Shown piece by piece: positions 1 to 9,606 of a stretch of 40,512 nt of DNA. The notes beneath the pieces were generated by a model. It was not told the origin of the DNA. It did not search any database and was given only the letters and a program-made list of their open reading frames with translations. How positions within the stretch are numbered: the stretch's first letter is position 1; every line of letters starts with the position of its first letter. Source of the stretch: an uncultured Gammaproteobacteria bacterium (GTDB lineage Bacteria > Patescibacteriota > Microgenomatia > Levybacterales > UBA12049); NCBI GenBank assembly GCA_964598355.1, contig CAZRBN010000003.1, positions 1 to 40,512 of the forward strand, written 5' to 3'. Position numbers and translations under genes: made by a program.

Positions 1-2
1 TG

Positions 3-1121
3 AATATGTAATACAAATTGTAAAGAGGCAACAGTATTAGATTTAGAAAAAAGAAGTCCCAAGAGAACAACTGCTAAAAAAAAATATACTAAGCGTCTTC
101 TAACAAAAAAGCTTCCAAGTAAAGCGAATAGCAAAGGAATAACGCCAATATACCCTGTAAGCTCTCCATAATTCCACACCCCCCAATAATTAAGTGTTGC
201 TGGATTGCCAAAGAAATCAGGAATAATAAATTGGATAAGATGATAATAAGGAACAAACCACCCTGCCGTATGCCAATCAAGATCTATATTCCGCCCAGAT
301 AAGGAAATAAGCTGAATTGTTGGTATTAGTTGTACTAATGTCGTTACAACAAACAAACCTATCCATCCCAGAAAAAACAATATATACGTCTTTTTCGAAC
401 CTTTGAGAGAAAGTATTTTTAATAAAAAGTACATTGTGCACATAATTCCAACATAAAATGTTGTTTGAAGATGTCCTGCAAAAAGTGAAAAGGAAAGTCC
501 TAAAGAAGCAAGTACGCCAAACAGAATCTTCTTTTTCCCTCCTTCTGAAGCAAATATTTTTTCTATTGTCCAAAGAATAAAAGGTAACCATATAAAACTT
601 TGGGACACCGTATTCCACTCAAGCCAAGTAACCATATATCCGGAAAAAGCAAAAGCAACACTAGCAAAAAGACTCCCAAAATAAGAAACACTGATTTGTC
701 GAAGGTAGAGATATACAAAACAAGCACCCAAAATTGGTATAAGAAAAATTTGGAAAGACCAAGCTGTTGCAAAGGGAAGTATAAAGAAAAGTACATTAAA
801 CGGATAAAAAAGAGCTGATTGCTGATTGGCCAAAAGCGGTGTACCAACTCCATTATAAGGATTCCAAACGGGTATATTTCCCTGTTTTTCTATTTCAAAC
901 CCTAACGATCTCCATACATATTGTTGTCTTATAGGATCGGTAATTAAGAAGTTTTTAAAAGGAAGCCCTCGTGGATATTCTTGTGCAAAAAAATCTCTAA
1001 AAGGATGGTAGAGTCCAACCAGGGTATCAGAAGGTATAGGTAATTTATGACTGAAAATAAATGGTTTGAAGAAAATACCTATGGCAAAGAGAATAATAAT
1101 ACAGGCAGAAATTTTTTTCAT
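3..1121 (-). CDS. YfhO-family GT-C membrane protein (partial, runs off the left edge)
   Basis: Not in the ORF track. ATG at 1121 overlaps the TGA of the GT4 gene (ATGA). It reads MKKISACIIILFAIGIFFKPF...TDPIRQQYVWR...IPVWNPYNGVGTPLLANQQSALFYP...WNYGELTGYIG, the same motifs as the YfhO paralogs at 2422 and 14664. Confidence 0.85.
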   Translation of the reverse strand, partial: MKKISACIIILFAIGIFFKPFIFSHKLPIPSDTLVGLYHPFRDFFAQEYPRGLPFKNFLITDPIRQQYVWRSLGFEIEKQGNIPVWNPYNGVGTPLLANQQSALFYPFNVLFFILPFATAWSFQIFLIPILGACFVYLYLRQISVSYFGSLFASVAFAFSGYMVTWLEWNTVSQSFIWLPFILWTIEKIFASEGGKKKILFGVLASLGLSFSLFAGHLQTTFYVGIMCTMYFLLKILSLKGSKKTYILFFLGWIGLFVVTTLVQLIPTIQLISLSGRNIDLDWHTAGWFVPYYHLIQFIIPDFFGNPATLNYWGVWNYGELTGYIGVIPLLFALLGSFFVRRRLVYFFLAVVLLGLLFSKSNTVASLQFVLHI

Positions 1122-2182
1122 AGAAGTTTTTCTAATTGCTCATCAAATCTTTCCGTAGTAAATACTCGTGAAGTCTCTTTTGCGTGTTCTTGAAGTTTTT
1201 GATAGAGAGCATCATTTTTCATAAGCAATACTGTTTTTTCTAGAAGTTCCTCTGGTGTCTCCCAAAGCATCCCGTTTTCATTATCTTTAACAATTTCTGG
1301 TTGTCCTCCAGCATTAATCACAAGAGGTACTGCACCTTGCTGCATTGCCTCAACAGTTGAAATGCCAAAATGTTCTGTCCTGTCAGGATATTCCACCAAA
1401 TTCTCTCCGAATCCTGTCGCATGCCAATAGAATTTTGCTTCACAATATAACTGATGTAATGTACCCAAAGGAATATTTTCTTCAATTCGAATAGGATATC
1501 CTTGTACCATTTCCTTTAATGCATGCATATTTTTTTTATCCTCGGGCAAGTAACTTCCTGCCAGAATTAACTCCCACCCTTTCAAACCTTTATCAACCAT
1601 CTTTCGAAAAACATCAATTAGCACATCCTGTTTTTTAACCCATCGGCCATCATTATTATTCTGAAATCTACCAACAGAAAGAATGATATTCCTCTTTGTA
1701 ACTATATTTGAGGAAAACTCATCAACAGGTGGATAGATAACAAGACTTTTTACACGAAATGTTTTATCGATATATGACTTAGTGAATTTTGAGTTACAAA
1801 TAAATTTTGTCACTCGTTTTATCTTAAATGTATTCAAAAGTCCATTGACTTTTATCCATTCAACAGGAAATTGAAAATGGACAAACAACTTTTTACTCCC
1901 CACAAGAGGGATACTTCCATCACTGAGATAAAAAATGGCATCAAAATCCTGAGTAAACAGAATACGCTGTAGGACAGAATAAGAAGGAGTAAAAATATTT
2001 CTGGTAATTTTTATTCCTTCTGTATCAAATCCATATTTTTCCTGAGCTTTAGGAAGTATTGCAGCATCATCCCAGAAGAGTGATACTCGATGCTTTCTGG
2101 AGAAAAAAGAGGCAGCTGTTAGCATGTACTTTTCTCCACCCCCTAAGGTATCAAGGTAGGGATCAAAAAAACCAATCTTCAC
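1118..2182 (-). CDS. Glycosyltransferase family 4 (GT-B)
   Basis: Motifs KIGFFDPYLDTLGGGEKY, ILSVGRF and EHFGISTVEAMQQGAVPLVINAGGQPEI (EX7E). Start trimmed to GTG 2182, which lies 6 nt after an extended -10 (TGcTACAAT); the longer ORF overlaps the DUF5652 gene. Confidence 0.9.
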   Translation of the reverse strand: MKIGFFDPYLDTLGGGEKYMLTAASFFSRKHRVSLFWDDAAILPKAQEKYGFDTEGIKITRNIFTPSYSVLQRILFTQDFDAIFYLSDGSIPLVGSKKLFVHFQFPVEWIKVNGLLNTFKIKRVTKFICNSKFTKSYIDKTFRVKSLVIYPPVDEFSSNIVTKRNIILSVGRFQNNNDGRWVKKQDVLIDVFRKMVDKGLKGWELILAGSYLPEDKKNMHALKEMVQGYPIRIEENIPLGTLHQLYCEAKFYWHATGFGENLVEYPDRTEHFGISTVEAMQQGAVPLVINAGGQPEIVKDNENGMLWETPEELLEKTVLLMKNDALYQKLQEHAKETSRVFTTERFDEQLEKLL

Positions 2183-2235
2183 AAAGTAATTGTAGCAATT
2201 TTTGACTTTCTTCGAAAGTATGATATGATTTAAAG
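2183..2235. promoter_or_regulatory. Divergent sigma70-type promoters, probably producing leaderless mRNAs
   Basis: Plus strand: TTGACT 2202-2207 and TGaTATGAT 2221-2229, with ATG at 2236. Minus strand: TGcTACAAT 2197-2189, with GTG at 2182. Confidence 0.6.
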
Positions 2236-2457
2236 ATGAACCTACCAAACATTCCAGCCTGGGGTCTTTTTCTTCTTTTTTTATGGTCTTTGCTTTGGAA
2301 AGGCTTAGCCCTCTGGAATGCAGCAAAACAAAATCAACGCAATTGGTTTGTAATCATGCTTATACTTAACACAGTAGGGCTTTTAGAAATTGCATATCTT
2401 TTCTTCTTTGCAAAAGAAAAATTAAAGTTGCGAAACCTTCAGTTTTGGAGAAAATAA
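2236..2457 (+). CDS. Small membrane protein, DUF5652-like
   Basis: WSLLWKGLALWNAAKQNQRNWF...LNTVGLLEIAYLF matches the remembered DUF5652 pattern; two hydrophobic segments. Confidence 0.8.
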   Translation: MNLPNIPAWGLFLLFLWSLLWKGLALWNAAKQNQRNWFVIMLILNTVGLLEIAYLFFFAKEKLKLRNLQFWRK

Positions 2458-4767
2458 CTTTTTTCTCATTCCCCATCCACCTGTTATAAAGAGCAAACCT
2501 GATATCGCTCCTAATACTCCTAAAACAAAACTCAAAGGAACATAGGAAAAAGTAATTTTGTGACTTCCTTGAGGCACTTCAATTGCTCGGAAAGTATAGT
2601 CTGCCCGATAGACTTTTGCCTCTTTTCCATCAACAAAGGCTTTCCACCCAGGATAAAAGTTGTCAGAAAGAAAGAGAAGCATATTTGTCGTAGCGGATGT
2701 TTTGAGAGTAATCTTATCTGCAGTATATGTTTCAATTGAGGAAGTCGCTTGTAGATCCTCTGCTATCTTCATCTGAGGACGCTCCTCCAAAACAATTCTT
2801 TTTCGCTGATCTACCTCTTTAAATAAAATACTAAGGGTTTTTTCCGGATTAGGCTCGACGCGATATTCTCCAACAAGAAACGCATGAGGATAAGCATCAT
2901 TATTCCTAAAGACTTGATAAACACCATCATTAAATAAAAGACTAAACTGTGATTGAGGATAGTTCCACAAAGGAAAAGTCCACCCTCTATTCGTATCTGC
3001 CACTTTATGAACAATGTATTGGACATTGAGCAGGTTTACTGCTGAAGAAGTATATTTCCCATCCTTTGGAAAATAAACAACAGAGCGGTCAGCCTCACGC
3101 AGGTGGCCATCTGCAACATAGGATACAAATTCACCAAACCGCTTTGGGTATAAGGCATCATATCCCTCAAGAGAAGGTAATTGGTAATAGTTTGAAACCT
3201 CTGCCCCATAATTACCTATTGCCCGCGCATATCCATGGATTTTTTGAAATTCTGAAACAACAGGGACATTCGGTGTGACCAATGATTTTGGATCGAATGG
3301 TTGCCATTTTGTTACAAAGCGGTACATATCAAAAGTAGTGAGACCAATAAGCAAAATGAACATACTTTGTTGTATCCTTTTATTACCAATCATACTTGCA
3401 GCAAGAGTCAGGATAAAACTCAATGCAATACTTGTTGGAAGAATAAGATTTTGTTTGGCAATAACAATTTTATCCAGTGGAAGGAAAAGTTTTCCTACAA
3501 TAACAACCCACAATAATCCAAAGAGAATAAGGATCAGAGCTATTAAAGTACCGACTGCTTTCTTTTTATTTGCTATGAGAACAGAATATAAGCTGTCAAA
3601 CCCAAATCCAGCTAAAAGCGCAAAAAAGAAGCTATATATACTCACAATACGGCTTAATGCACTTGTTGATAATACAGGAATATGCAGGCGTACAAAGACA
3701 TCCGCAACAGGTGTATCAAATGCTAAGAGAACACAAAGAATAGCCACAATGAAAGCAAACATTACAATAGGTTTTTTCCACGCAGTCACGGAAAAGAGAG
3801 CAAGAAAAAAAGGAATAATACCAATATACATATTCCACTCAGCATAATGCCCAAACCAATCATTCCTTGTTACTGGGTTACCAAGAAAATCTGGAGCAAG
3901 AAGGGTCGGTAAATACCCCAAAGGAATAGCTTCTCCTTTTTGAAAAAGGCCGCTGCGAAGAGACTGTGTGTAAAATTCAAGAGATGGAAGAATTTGAGGA
4001 AGACAAAGAAGTACGCCACTGAAGAGATAGACTCCTGACCAAACAAAAAGACTAAAAGATTTGCTTTGCATAGACTTAAAAAGCCAGTAAGCAATAGTCA
4101 CTAATAAAACATATAAGCTGATTTGAAAATGACCGCTAAAAAAAGACAAAGGAAGAGATACAGAAAGTAAAACAAGATATCCTATCTTTCTTGTTAAGAA
4201 AAATCCTTGAATACCTAGCAAGGCATACGGTAAAAAGGCAAGGGCATATCCAAGTGTTCCATATCCCATCCATACCACGATAAATCCACAAAACATACAT
4301 GAAATACTGGATAAAAGACTTCCGCCTTTACTTACTCCAACGTGTTTTGCAAAGAGATACATTCCTATTCCCACAAGCAGAGGTTGTAATAAAACCAAGA
4401 GACTCCAAGCGTCAACAAAAGGAAAAATTAAAAAAATAATATTCAGAGGCGATAAAACAGCGGATTGGTAATTTGCTAACAGCGGTGTGCCTCCAAAACT
4501 GTACATATTCCATAAAGGAATTTGTCTATTTTTCCAGCTATCCATTACTACGTGTCGCCAGGGATATATTTGTGTAATAACATCTGGCATTGCTCCATTT
4601 TTAACAGGCTGACCAAACTGGCTATACATACTCCATGGTGAAAAAGCGGTAACTTGATACGAAGCTGCAAAGGGAGCTCCTCCTCTAAAAAAATAAGGAA
4701 AACAAAACAAGACCCAAATACTTACAATACAAATTATTGGCCAAAACCTTTGCAAAAATTTTATCAT
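2422..4767 (-). CDS. YfhO-family GT-C membrane protein
   Basis: DVITQIYPWR, PLWNMYSFGGTPLLANYQS, many TM helices, and C-terminal LSDNFYPGWKAFVDG...RADYTFRAIEVPQGSHKITFSY. Confidence 0.85.
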   Translation of the reverse strand: MIKFLQRFWPIICIVSIWVLFCFPYFFRGGAPFAASYQVTAFSPWSMYSQFGQPVKNGAMPDVITQIYPWRHVVMDSWKNRQIPLWNMYSFGGTPLLANYQSAVLSPLNIIFLIFPFVDAWSLLVLLQPLLVGIGMYLFAKHVGVSKGGSLLSSISCMFCGFIVVWMGYGTLGYALAFLPYALLGIQGFFLTRKIGYLVLLSVSLPLSFFSGHFQISLYVLLVTIAYWLFKSMQSKSFSLFVWSGVYLFSGVLLCLPQILPSLEFYTQSLRSGLFQKGEAIPLGYLPTLLAPDFLGNPVTRNDWFGHYAEWNMYIGIIPFFLALFSVTAWKKPIVMFAFIVAILCVLLAFDTPVADVFVRLHIPVLSTSALSRIVSIYSFFFALLAGFGFDSLYSVLIANKKKAVGTLIALILILFGLLWVVIVGKLFLPLDKIVIAKQNLILPTSIALSFILTLAASMIGNKRIQQSMFILLIGLTTFDMYRFVTKWQPFDPKSLVTPNVPVVSEFQKIHGYARAIGNYGAEVSNYYQLPSLEGYDALYPKRFGEFVSYVADGHLREADRSVVYFPKDGKYTSSAVNLLNVQYIVHKVADTNRGWTFPLWNYPQSQFSLLFNDGVYQVFRNNDAYPHAFLVGEYRVEPNPEKTLSILFKEVDQRKRIVLEERPQMKIAEDLQATSSIETYTADKITLKTSATTNMLLFLSDNFYPGWKAFVDGKEAKVYRADYTFRAIEVPQGSHKITFSYVPLSFVLGVLGAISGLLFITGGWGMRKKLFSPKLKVSQL

Positions 4768-4843
4768 AGTTCATCCATCTCGAGGCCCTGCCGATTCCTC
4801 ACCCTTCTTGAATCATAAATTTCAAATCAACTATCCAATTTGT

Positions 4844-5611
4844 CTATTCGTTTGTTTGATTATTCTTCATCTGCTGCATTTCCCACAGTCTGGCATAGGT
4901 AATAAACATGCTGTATGACTGGTAGATACTTTCAATAAGTCCCATTGTCCCAGCTTTCCATCCTCCTTGCTTGATATATGAATCAAAAAATCCTGTCGCC
5001 ATAACACGAATAAGTCTCCATGAAACAATTTTTGGATGATGTGTTTCCAGACGAAGACTCGCTTCAGTTTGAGACCACAAAATAGTTTTGAAAAGCATTG
5101 ACGTAAGGTCACGGTGAGTATAATGCAACAGAAACCCATCTATATCGCCTATTTCTCCTGTTACTTTTGGAGTCTCATGAAGTTTTCCATACCACTCTTC
5201 CAAATTATTTTTATAAAAGAGTCGTTCTAATTTTTCAATCTTTGGCCAGGGATGATTACCGAGATAAAAATTCTTTCGTTTGATTCGATAAGCAACGACT
5301 TCCATTGGAAATTGGCTATTTGAAATTTGAAATTGGATATTCTTGCGCAGCAAGTCGCTTACCCTTTCGTCAGTATCTATATACAGTATCCACTCTCCTT
5401 TTGCTGCCTCTTTCCCAATATTGCGTTGTCTGGCAAAATCGCCATCAGATCCATGAATAACTTTTGCTCCAAGATGTTTTGCGAGCTGTACTGTATTATC
5501 TGTTGATCCTGCATCAACCACAAGTATCTCATCACAGAATTTGAGCGAAGCGATACAATCTTTGAGTAATTCCTCTCCATTTTTTGCAATAATAACCGCT
5601 GATAATTTCAT
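4844..5611 (-). CDS. Glycosyltransferase family 2 (WaaE/KdtX-like)
   Basis: LSAVIIAKN, VVDAGSTDNT, ARQRN, YIDTDE (DxD), RLF...LHE, LLHY, G..GLI. Confidence 0.9.
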   Translation of the reverse strand: MKLSAVIIAKNGEELLKDCIASLKFCDEILVVDAGSTDNTVQLAKHLGAKVIHGSDGDFARQRNIGKEAAKGEWILYIDTDERVSDLLRKNIQFQISNSQFPMEVVAYRIKRKNFYLGNHPWPKIEKLERLFYKNNLEEWYGKLHETPKVTGEIGDIDGFLLHYTHRDLTSMLFKTILWSQTEASLRLETHHPKIVSWRLIRVMATGFFDSYIKQGGWKAGTMGLIESIYQSYSMFITYARLWEMQQMKNNQTNE

Positions 5612-5635
5612 AGAATTGTTCTATTAAGCCTAAAA

Positions 5636-6547
5636 CTATTTGTAGCTTCCCTTTCCAAAATTTCCTGTATAGAAATCCTGAATTCCCTTTTTCTGCCAAG
5701 GTCTTCCAATAAGTAATAAACGAATACTCTCTCTAATGAGAGCTACTTTTGACCGTAGAGGTGCATACTGCATGCCAAAAAGCATTCTGTTTCTTGTGAG
5801 ATAATAGTCATGCAATGGAGATCCTGAACCTCCTCCTGATGCTGCTGTGATATGCCATAAAATAGCTTTTGGATTATAAATAATGCTAAAACCTGCTTTG
5901 AGAAATCTCTGGCTTATATCGCCATCTTCGAAATACAGATAATATCTCTCATCAAACTTTCCTACTTTTTCCAATGCTTTTCTTGAGAAAAGCATACAAC
6001 AACCTGTTGCAAAAGTAATATGCTCTTCTTTGTCATATTGACCTTCATCTACTTCATCAACACCTCTGTGTCTGGTAAACACATTTTTCCAATCAACATA
6101 TCCACCCGCAAACCAAAATACTTTTCCCAATTCCTCTTTTTTATATTTTTCCAAATGATACTCATGGCCTTTAGCAAAATAAATTTTCGGGACAACAAGG
6201 CCAACTTTAGAATTTTTTTCAAAAGGCTTCAAAAGTTCTTGTAAAAGATATTGATTAACAGTAGTATCGTTGTTAATAAGCATAACAAAGTCAGCATCTG
6301 TATCTAATCCGTACTGCATTCCCACATTGCTTCCTCCAGTAAATCCTTCATTGGTATTTGTATAAATAACGTGTACCCCACTTTTTTCTTCTTCTGGTGT
6401 TAATGTAAAAGGGGTTACTGAAGCATTATCCACTACCAAGATTTTTACATCCAAATCTTTTGTATCTAATTTTTTTAAAGATTTTAGACAATCATGGGTT
6501 TCTTTTTCACTGTTAAAATTAATTGTCGCAATAACTATTTTTTTCAT
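5636..6547 (-). CDS. Glycosyltransferase family 2 (WbbL-like)
   Basis: VVDNAS, NEGFTGGSNVG, LINNDT, FATGCCML, GKFDERYYLYFEDGD, YYLTRNR. Confidence 0.9.
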   Translation of the reverse strand: MKKIVIATINFNSEKETHDCLKSLKKLDTKDLDVKILVVDNASVTPFTLTPEEEKSGVHVIYTNTNEGFTGGSNVGMQYGLDTDADFVMLINNDTTVNQYLLQELLKPFEKNSKVGLVVPKIYFAKGHEYHLEKYKKEELGKVFWFAGGYVDWKNVFTRHRGVDEVDEGQYDKEEHITFATGCCMLFSRKALEKVGKFDERYYLYFEDGDISQRFLKAGFSIIYNPKAILWHITAASGGGSGSPLHDYYLTRNRMLFGMQYAPLRSKVALIRESIRLLLIGRPWQKKGIQDFYTGNFGKGSYK

Positions 6548-7449
6548 AGACCGATTCGTCTTGCAGCTTTATGGAGAATTTTTTTTAAGGGATTTTTTGT
6601 TGTTTCAATCTTTTGAGTATGTGACCAGTACTGCATTTCCTTTTTAAAGGATTTCGTTTCTTTTGAAAATTGAGAAAACATTTTTTTTGAATCAATAGAA
6701 GGAAATTTTTGCTTCTCCCATAGATATCCGAACACCACCAAATGATAAAAAGCCATAAGCATAGAGAGCATAAGTCCGTGGAGACCATCTTTATACCCTT
6801 GCCTTGCAAAAAATCTACTTAAAAATTCTCTTGCTGGAAATCGAAAACTATCCAAATAATCAAATACATATCCTTTTTTCAAAAGTACCTCTGCCTCATT
6901 TGGAGCATATGTCATAACCATCTTAAACAAAAATTCATGAATTGATTCATAATTACTATGCTCCATTGGATTTGTAAGATTTTCTAAAGATCCTTCGACC
7001 TCTACCATTTCATGTACATGGACTTCTGGAAATTTTCCTTTTCCATTCCTGAAAAGGCGAAGTTGGTAATCAGGATACCATCCCGTATGCTCTATCCACT
7101 TACCAAAAATAATATTCTTTCTAGGAATCCAATAACCAGTTACGCCAGAATTTTCACTTTTTTCTTTTATTTCTTTTGCCAACTCGGGAGTGACTTTCTC
7201 ATCGTCGTCTAAGGAGAGTATCCAATCTTTTGTTGTTTTGGTAAAGCCAAAATTTTTATTAACATTGAGCATGGGATTATTTTGTCTGACATACACATGG
7301 GGAGTAAACTCTTTTGCTGTCTTCACAGTATCATCCTGAGACGAATTATCAACCACAATAATTTCATCAGCAATATCTTTAATTGAGAGAAGACATGCAC
7401 GAAGCTTTTCTTGCCTATTGTAGGTTGAAATAACAACAGATAAAGACAT
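6544..7449 (-). CDS. Glycosyltransferase family 2 (WaaE/KdtX-like)
   Basis: LSVVISTYN, VVDNSSQDDT, WILSLDDDE, WYPDYQLRLFR, VHE, GYKDGLHGL. Confidence 0.9.
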   Translation of the reverse strand: MSLSVVISTYNRQEKLRACLLSIKDIADEIIVVDNSSQDDTVKTAKEFTPHVYVRQNNPMLNVNKNFGFTKTTKDWILSLDDDEKVTPELAKEIKEKSENSGVTGYWIPRKNIIFGKWIEHTGWYPDYQLRLFRNGKGKFPEVHVHEMVEVEGSLENLTNPMEHSNYESIHEFLFKMVMTYAPNEAEVLLKKGYVFDYLDSFRFPAREFLSRFFARQGYKDGLHGLMLSMLMAFYHLVVFGYLWEKQKFPSIDSKKMFSQFSKETKSFKKEMQYWSHTQKIETTKNPLKKILHKAARRIGL

Positions 7450-7451
7450 AA

Positions 7452-8903
7452 TTATTTAATAAAATGCTCTTTTAGTATTAGTATATCCTTTTTTACTTCG
7501 TCTTTTGCAAGAAGATAGGTACATCCAAAATAAAATGCTGCAGCGATAATAATTTCTCCTAGTATCATTGGTACTGATGTGGGAAGCAATTTTATAAGGA
7601 AAAATAACAAAATACCCATAGAAAAAGCTGAAAAGGCAGGAACCCATACTCCTCTTAGTGAAAATGAAACATACTGTTTAGTAAGGATAACCACTATCCC
7701 AACAGACATGGCAATAAGCGCCGATGCCATAGCCACACCGTTAAAACCAAAGAAGTACATAAAAAGTGGGGTAAAAATCCAAGTAGTTATTACCCAAAAA
7801 ACCATAAGAGACAACGATACTTTTATTTTCCCTATAGCATTGAGTGCGTTTGTCAGGGGAGTAGAAATTGATGAAAGACCTGCATTTATTGCAAAAAAAG
7901 TAAGTGATAAAAGCGCAGGCTCCCATTTTTTGTATCTGGGGATAATTTCAATGAATTGAGGCGCAAGCAAAACAAGCCCAACAAGGGAAGGAAAAATAAG
8001 AAGAGACAAAACAAACAGTGATTTTTCTATTGCTTTGCCTAAAGATTGCTTTTCATGTTGTAGTCTTGAAAAAGAAGGAAAGGTAATCCTGATAATATTA
8101 TCCATAATAAGACGCAGTGGAGTGAATGCCCATTTCTGAGCAAAACCAATGTATCCAACTTGAGCCAGAGGCAGTACTTTTCCAATGTAAGCAATCAATA
8201 GATCATCTTTTATCAACGCAAGAAGACTATTTGTCTGAAATGGAATGCCAAAAGATAACAGTTTTTTTGCAACTTCTTTTGAAAATCCAACTTCTATTTT
8301 CCATGGTGAAATAATATACATTGTGACAACACCAGAAATTCCTCGAGCAAGGACTGCATACGTAAAGCTTGCAACACCAAATCCTTTAATAGCCAAGATA
8401 ACTACTACTACATTAAAAAATAGTGTTTCAACAATTTGAGGAATGACTAATTTTTCAAAATGAAGATCACGCTCGAGAAGGACTGAAGGAATAGTCTTCA
8501 AAGAAGAGAGGAAAAATGAAAAAACCAAAGCCTGGAAAAGAAACACACCATTACTATCGAGATGATAAAATCTGCCAATAGAGGGAGATACAAGAAGTGC
8601 TATACCTACAACTAGTATCACAAGTACCTCCTGAATAGTGAAGGTTGTCCGCAAATCTTCCTTAGTAATAGGCTCTTTTTTTTGAATCAGAGCCGCTGCA
8701 AGTCCTATATCTGAGAAATATTGTAAAAAGGCAATAACAGCACTGACAACAAAATAAATACCAAAAATTGCAGGCGAAAGGAAAATAGTCAGGAGTAAGT
8801 TAACAACAAATCTCACTATTTGAATAAAAAACGTACGAGTCACTAAAGCGAATACTCCGTGAATTGACCGCTTTGTAACGGCAGCGATATCAAGTTCTTC
8901 CAT
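7452..8903 (-). CDS. Wzx/PST-family oligosaccharide flippase
   Basis: LSPAIFG, FSDIGLAAALIQ, LLERDLHF, VGYIGFA, ITFPSFSRLQ and about 14 hydrophobic segments. Start trimmed to ATG 8903 (MEELDI), which overlaps the end of the upstream gene. Confidence 0.88.
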   Translation of the reverse strand: MEELDIAAVTKRSIHGVFALVTRTFFIQIVRFVVNLLLTIFLSPAIFGIYFVVSAVIAFLQYFSDIGLAAALIQKKEPITKEDLRTTFTIQEVLVILVVGIALLVSPSIGRFYHLDSNGVFLFQALVFSFFLSSLKTIPSVLLERDLHFEKLVIPQIVETLFFNVVVVILAIKGFGVASFTYAVLARGISGVVTMYIISPWKIEVGFSKEVAKKLLSFGIPFQTNSLLALIKDDLLIAYIGKVLPLAQVGYIGFAQKWAFTPLRLIMDNIIRITFPSFSRLQHEKQSLGKAIEKSLFVLSLLIFPSLVGLVLLAPQFIEIIPRYKKWEPALLSLTFFAINAGLSSISTPLTNALNAIGKIKVSLSLMVFWVITTWIFTPLFMYFFGFNGVAMASALIAMSVGIVVILTKQYVSFSLRGVWVPAFSAFSMGILLFFLIKLLPTSVPMILGEIIIAAAFYFGCTYLLAKDEVKKDILILKEHFIK

Positions 8904-9606
8904 AATGTAAATTGATCCATAATCTAAAACTTTCAATAATTGCTCTGACAATAACCCGTACATTTCCTCCACTTTGATCTCCAAATTTTCTTGGATAGTG
9001 ATGAACACCTACTTCAACAATTTTCAAATGAGATACTTTTGCTCTGGCCAGGATTTCTGTTGTTATCATTGCTCCTTCAGACTGAAGTGGCATAATTTTC
9101 TTTAAAGCAGATCTTTTAAATAATTTAAAGCCACAATCTATATCTTTAAAATAAAAACCAAAGAAGACAAAATCCCATACTTTGAGTAGATTCATAAGTA
9201 AATGTCTGAAAGGATGGTCAAGCCGTTTCGTACGATTACCGATAACAATATCTGCTCCATCAGCTTTTTCTAGGAATTTACTTACTTCTGTAAAATCAAA
9301 TTGAGCATCTCCATCGGCAAAAACAACTAAATTGTATTTTGCTCCTTCCAAACCACTTTTTAGTGCTGCGCCATATCCCCTGTTGGACTGATGAGAAATA
9401 ACACGAAGGTGTTGTGGGTCACCTTTAGCAAGCTTTTGAGCCTTCTCAAGAGTGGCATCAGAAGAACCATCATCAACCATTATAATTTCCCACGTACTTG
9501 CAAGTTGTCTTGCAACTTGGGCTGCCTCTTTAACTACTTTCTCAATGTTTTTTTCTTCATTCCAGAAAGGAAAGAATATAGATAGTTCAGATACTTTTGT
9601 GTTCAT
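8890..9606 (-). CDS. GT2 polyprenol-phosphate glycosyltransferase (DPM1-like)
   Basis: LSIFFPFWNEE, VDDGSSDAT, NRGYGAALKSG, DGDAQFD, DIDCGFKLFKR, EIL.RA, VGVHHYPR. Confidence 0.88.
   Translation of the reverse strand: MNTKVSELSIFFPFWNEEKNIEKVVKEAAQVARQLASTWEIIMVDDGSSDATLEKAQKLAKGDPQHLRVISHQSNRGYGAALKSGLEGAKYNLVVFADGDAQFDFTEVSKFLEKADGADIVIGNRTKRLDHPFRHLLMNLLKVWDFVFFGFYFKDIDCGFKLFKRSALKKIMPLQSEGAMITTEILARAKVSHLKIVEVGVHHYPRKFGDQSGGNVRVIVRAIIESFRLWINLHYGRT

Noticed and set aside
89-853. Four short ORFs suggesting a fragmented pseudogene
   Set aside because: They are off-frame or antisense to the YfhO reading frame 1121 to 3, which the track omitted because its stop lies outside the window; motifs stay in frame at the positions checked.
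3066-3847. 190-aa and shorter plus-strand ORFs
   Set aside because: Antisense to the YfhO gene. The same applies to the ORFs at 7579, 13661, 17287, 26385, 32985 and 39490.
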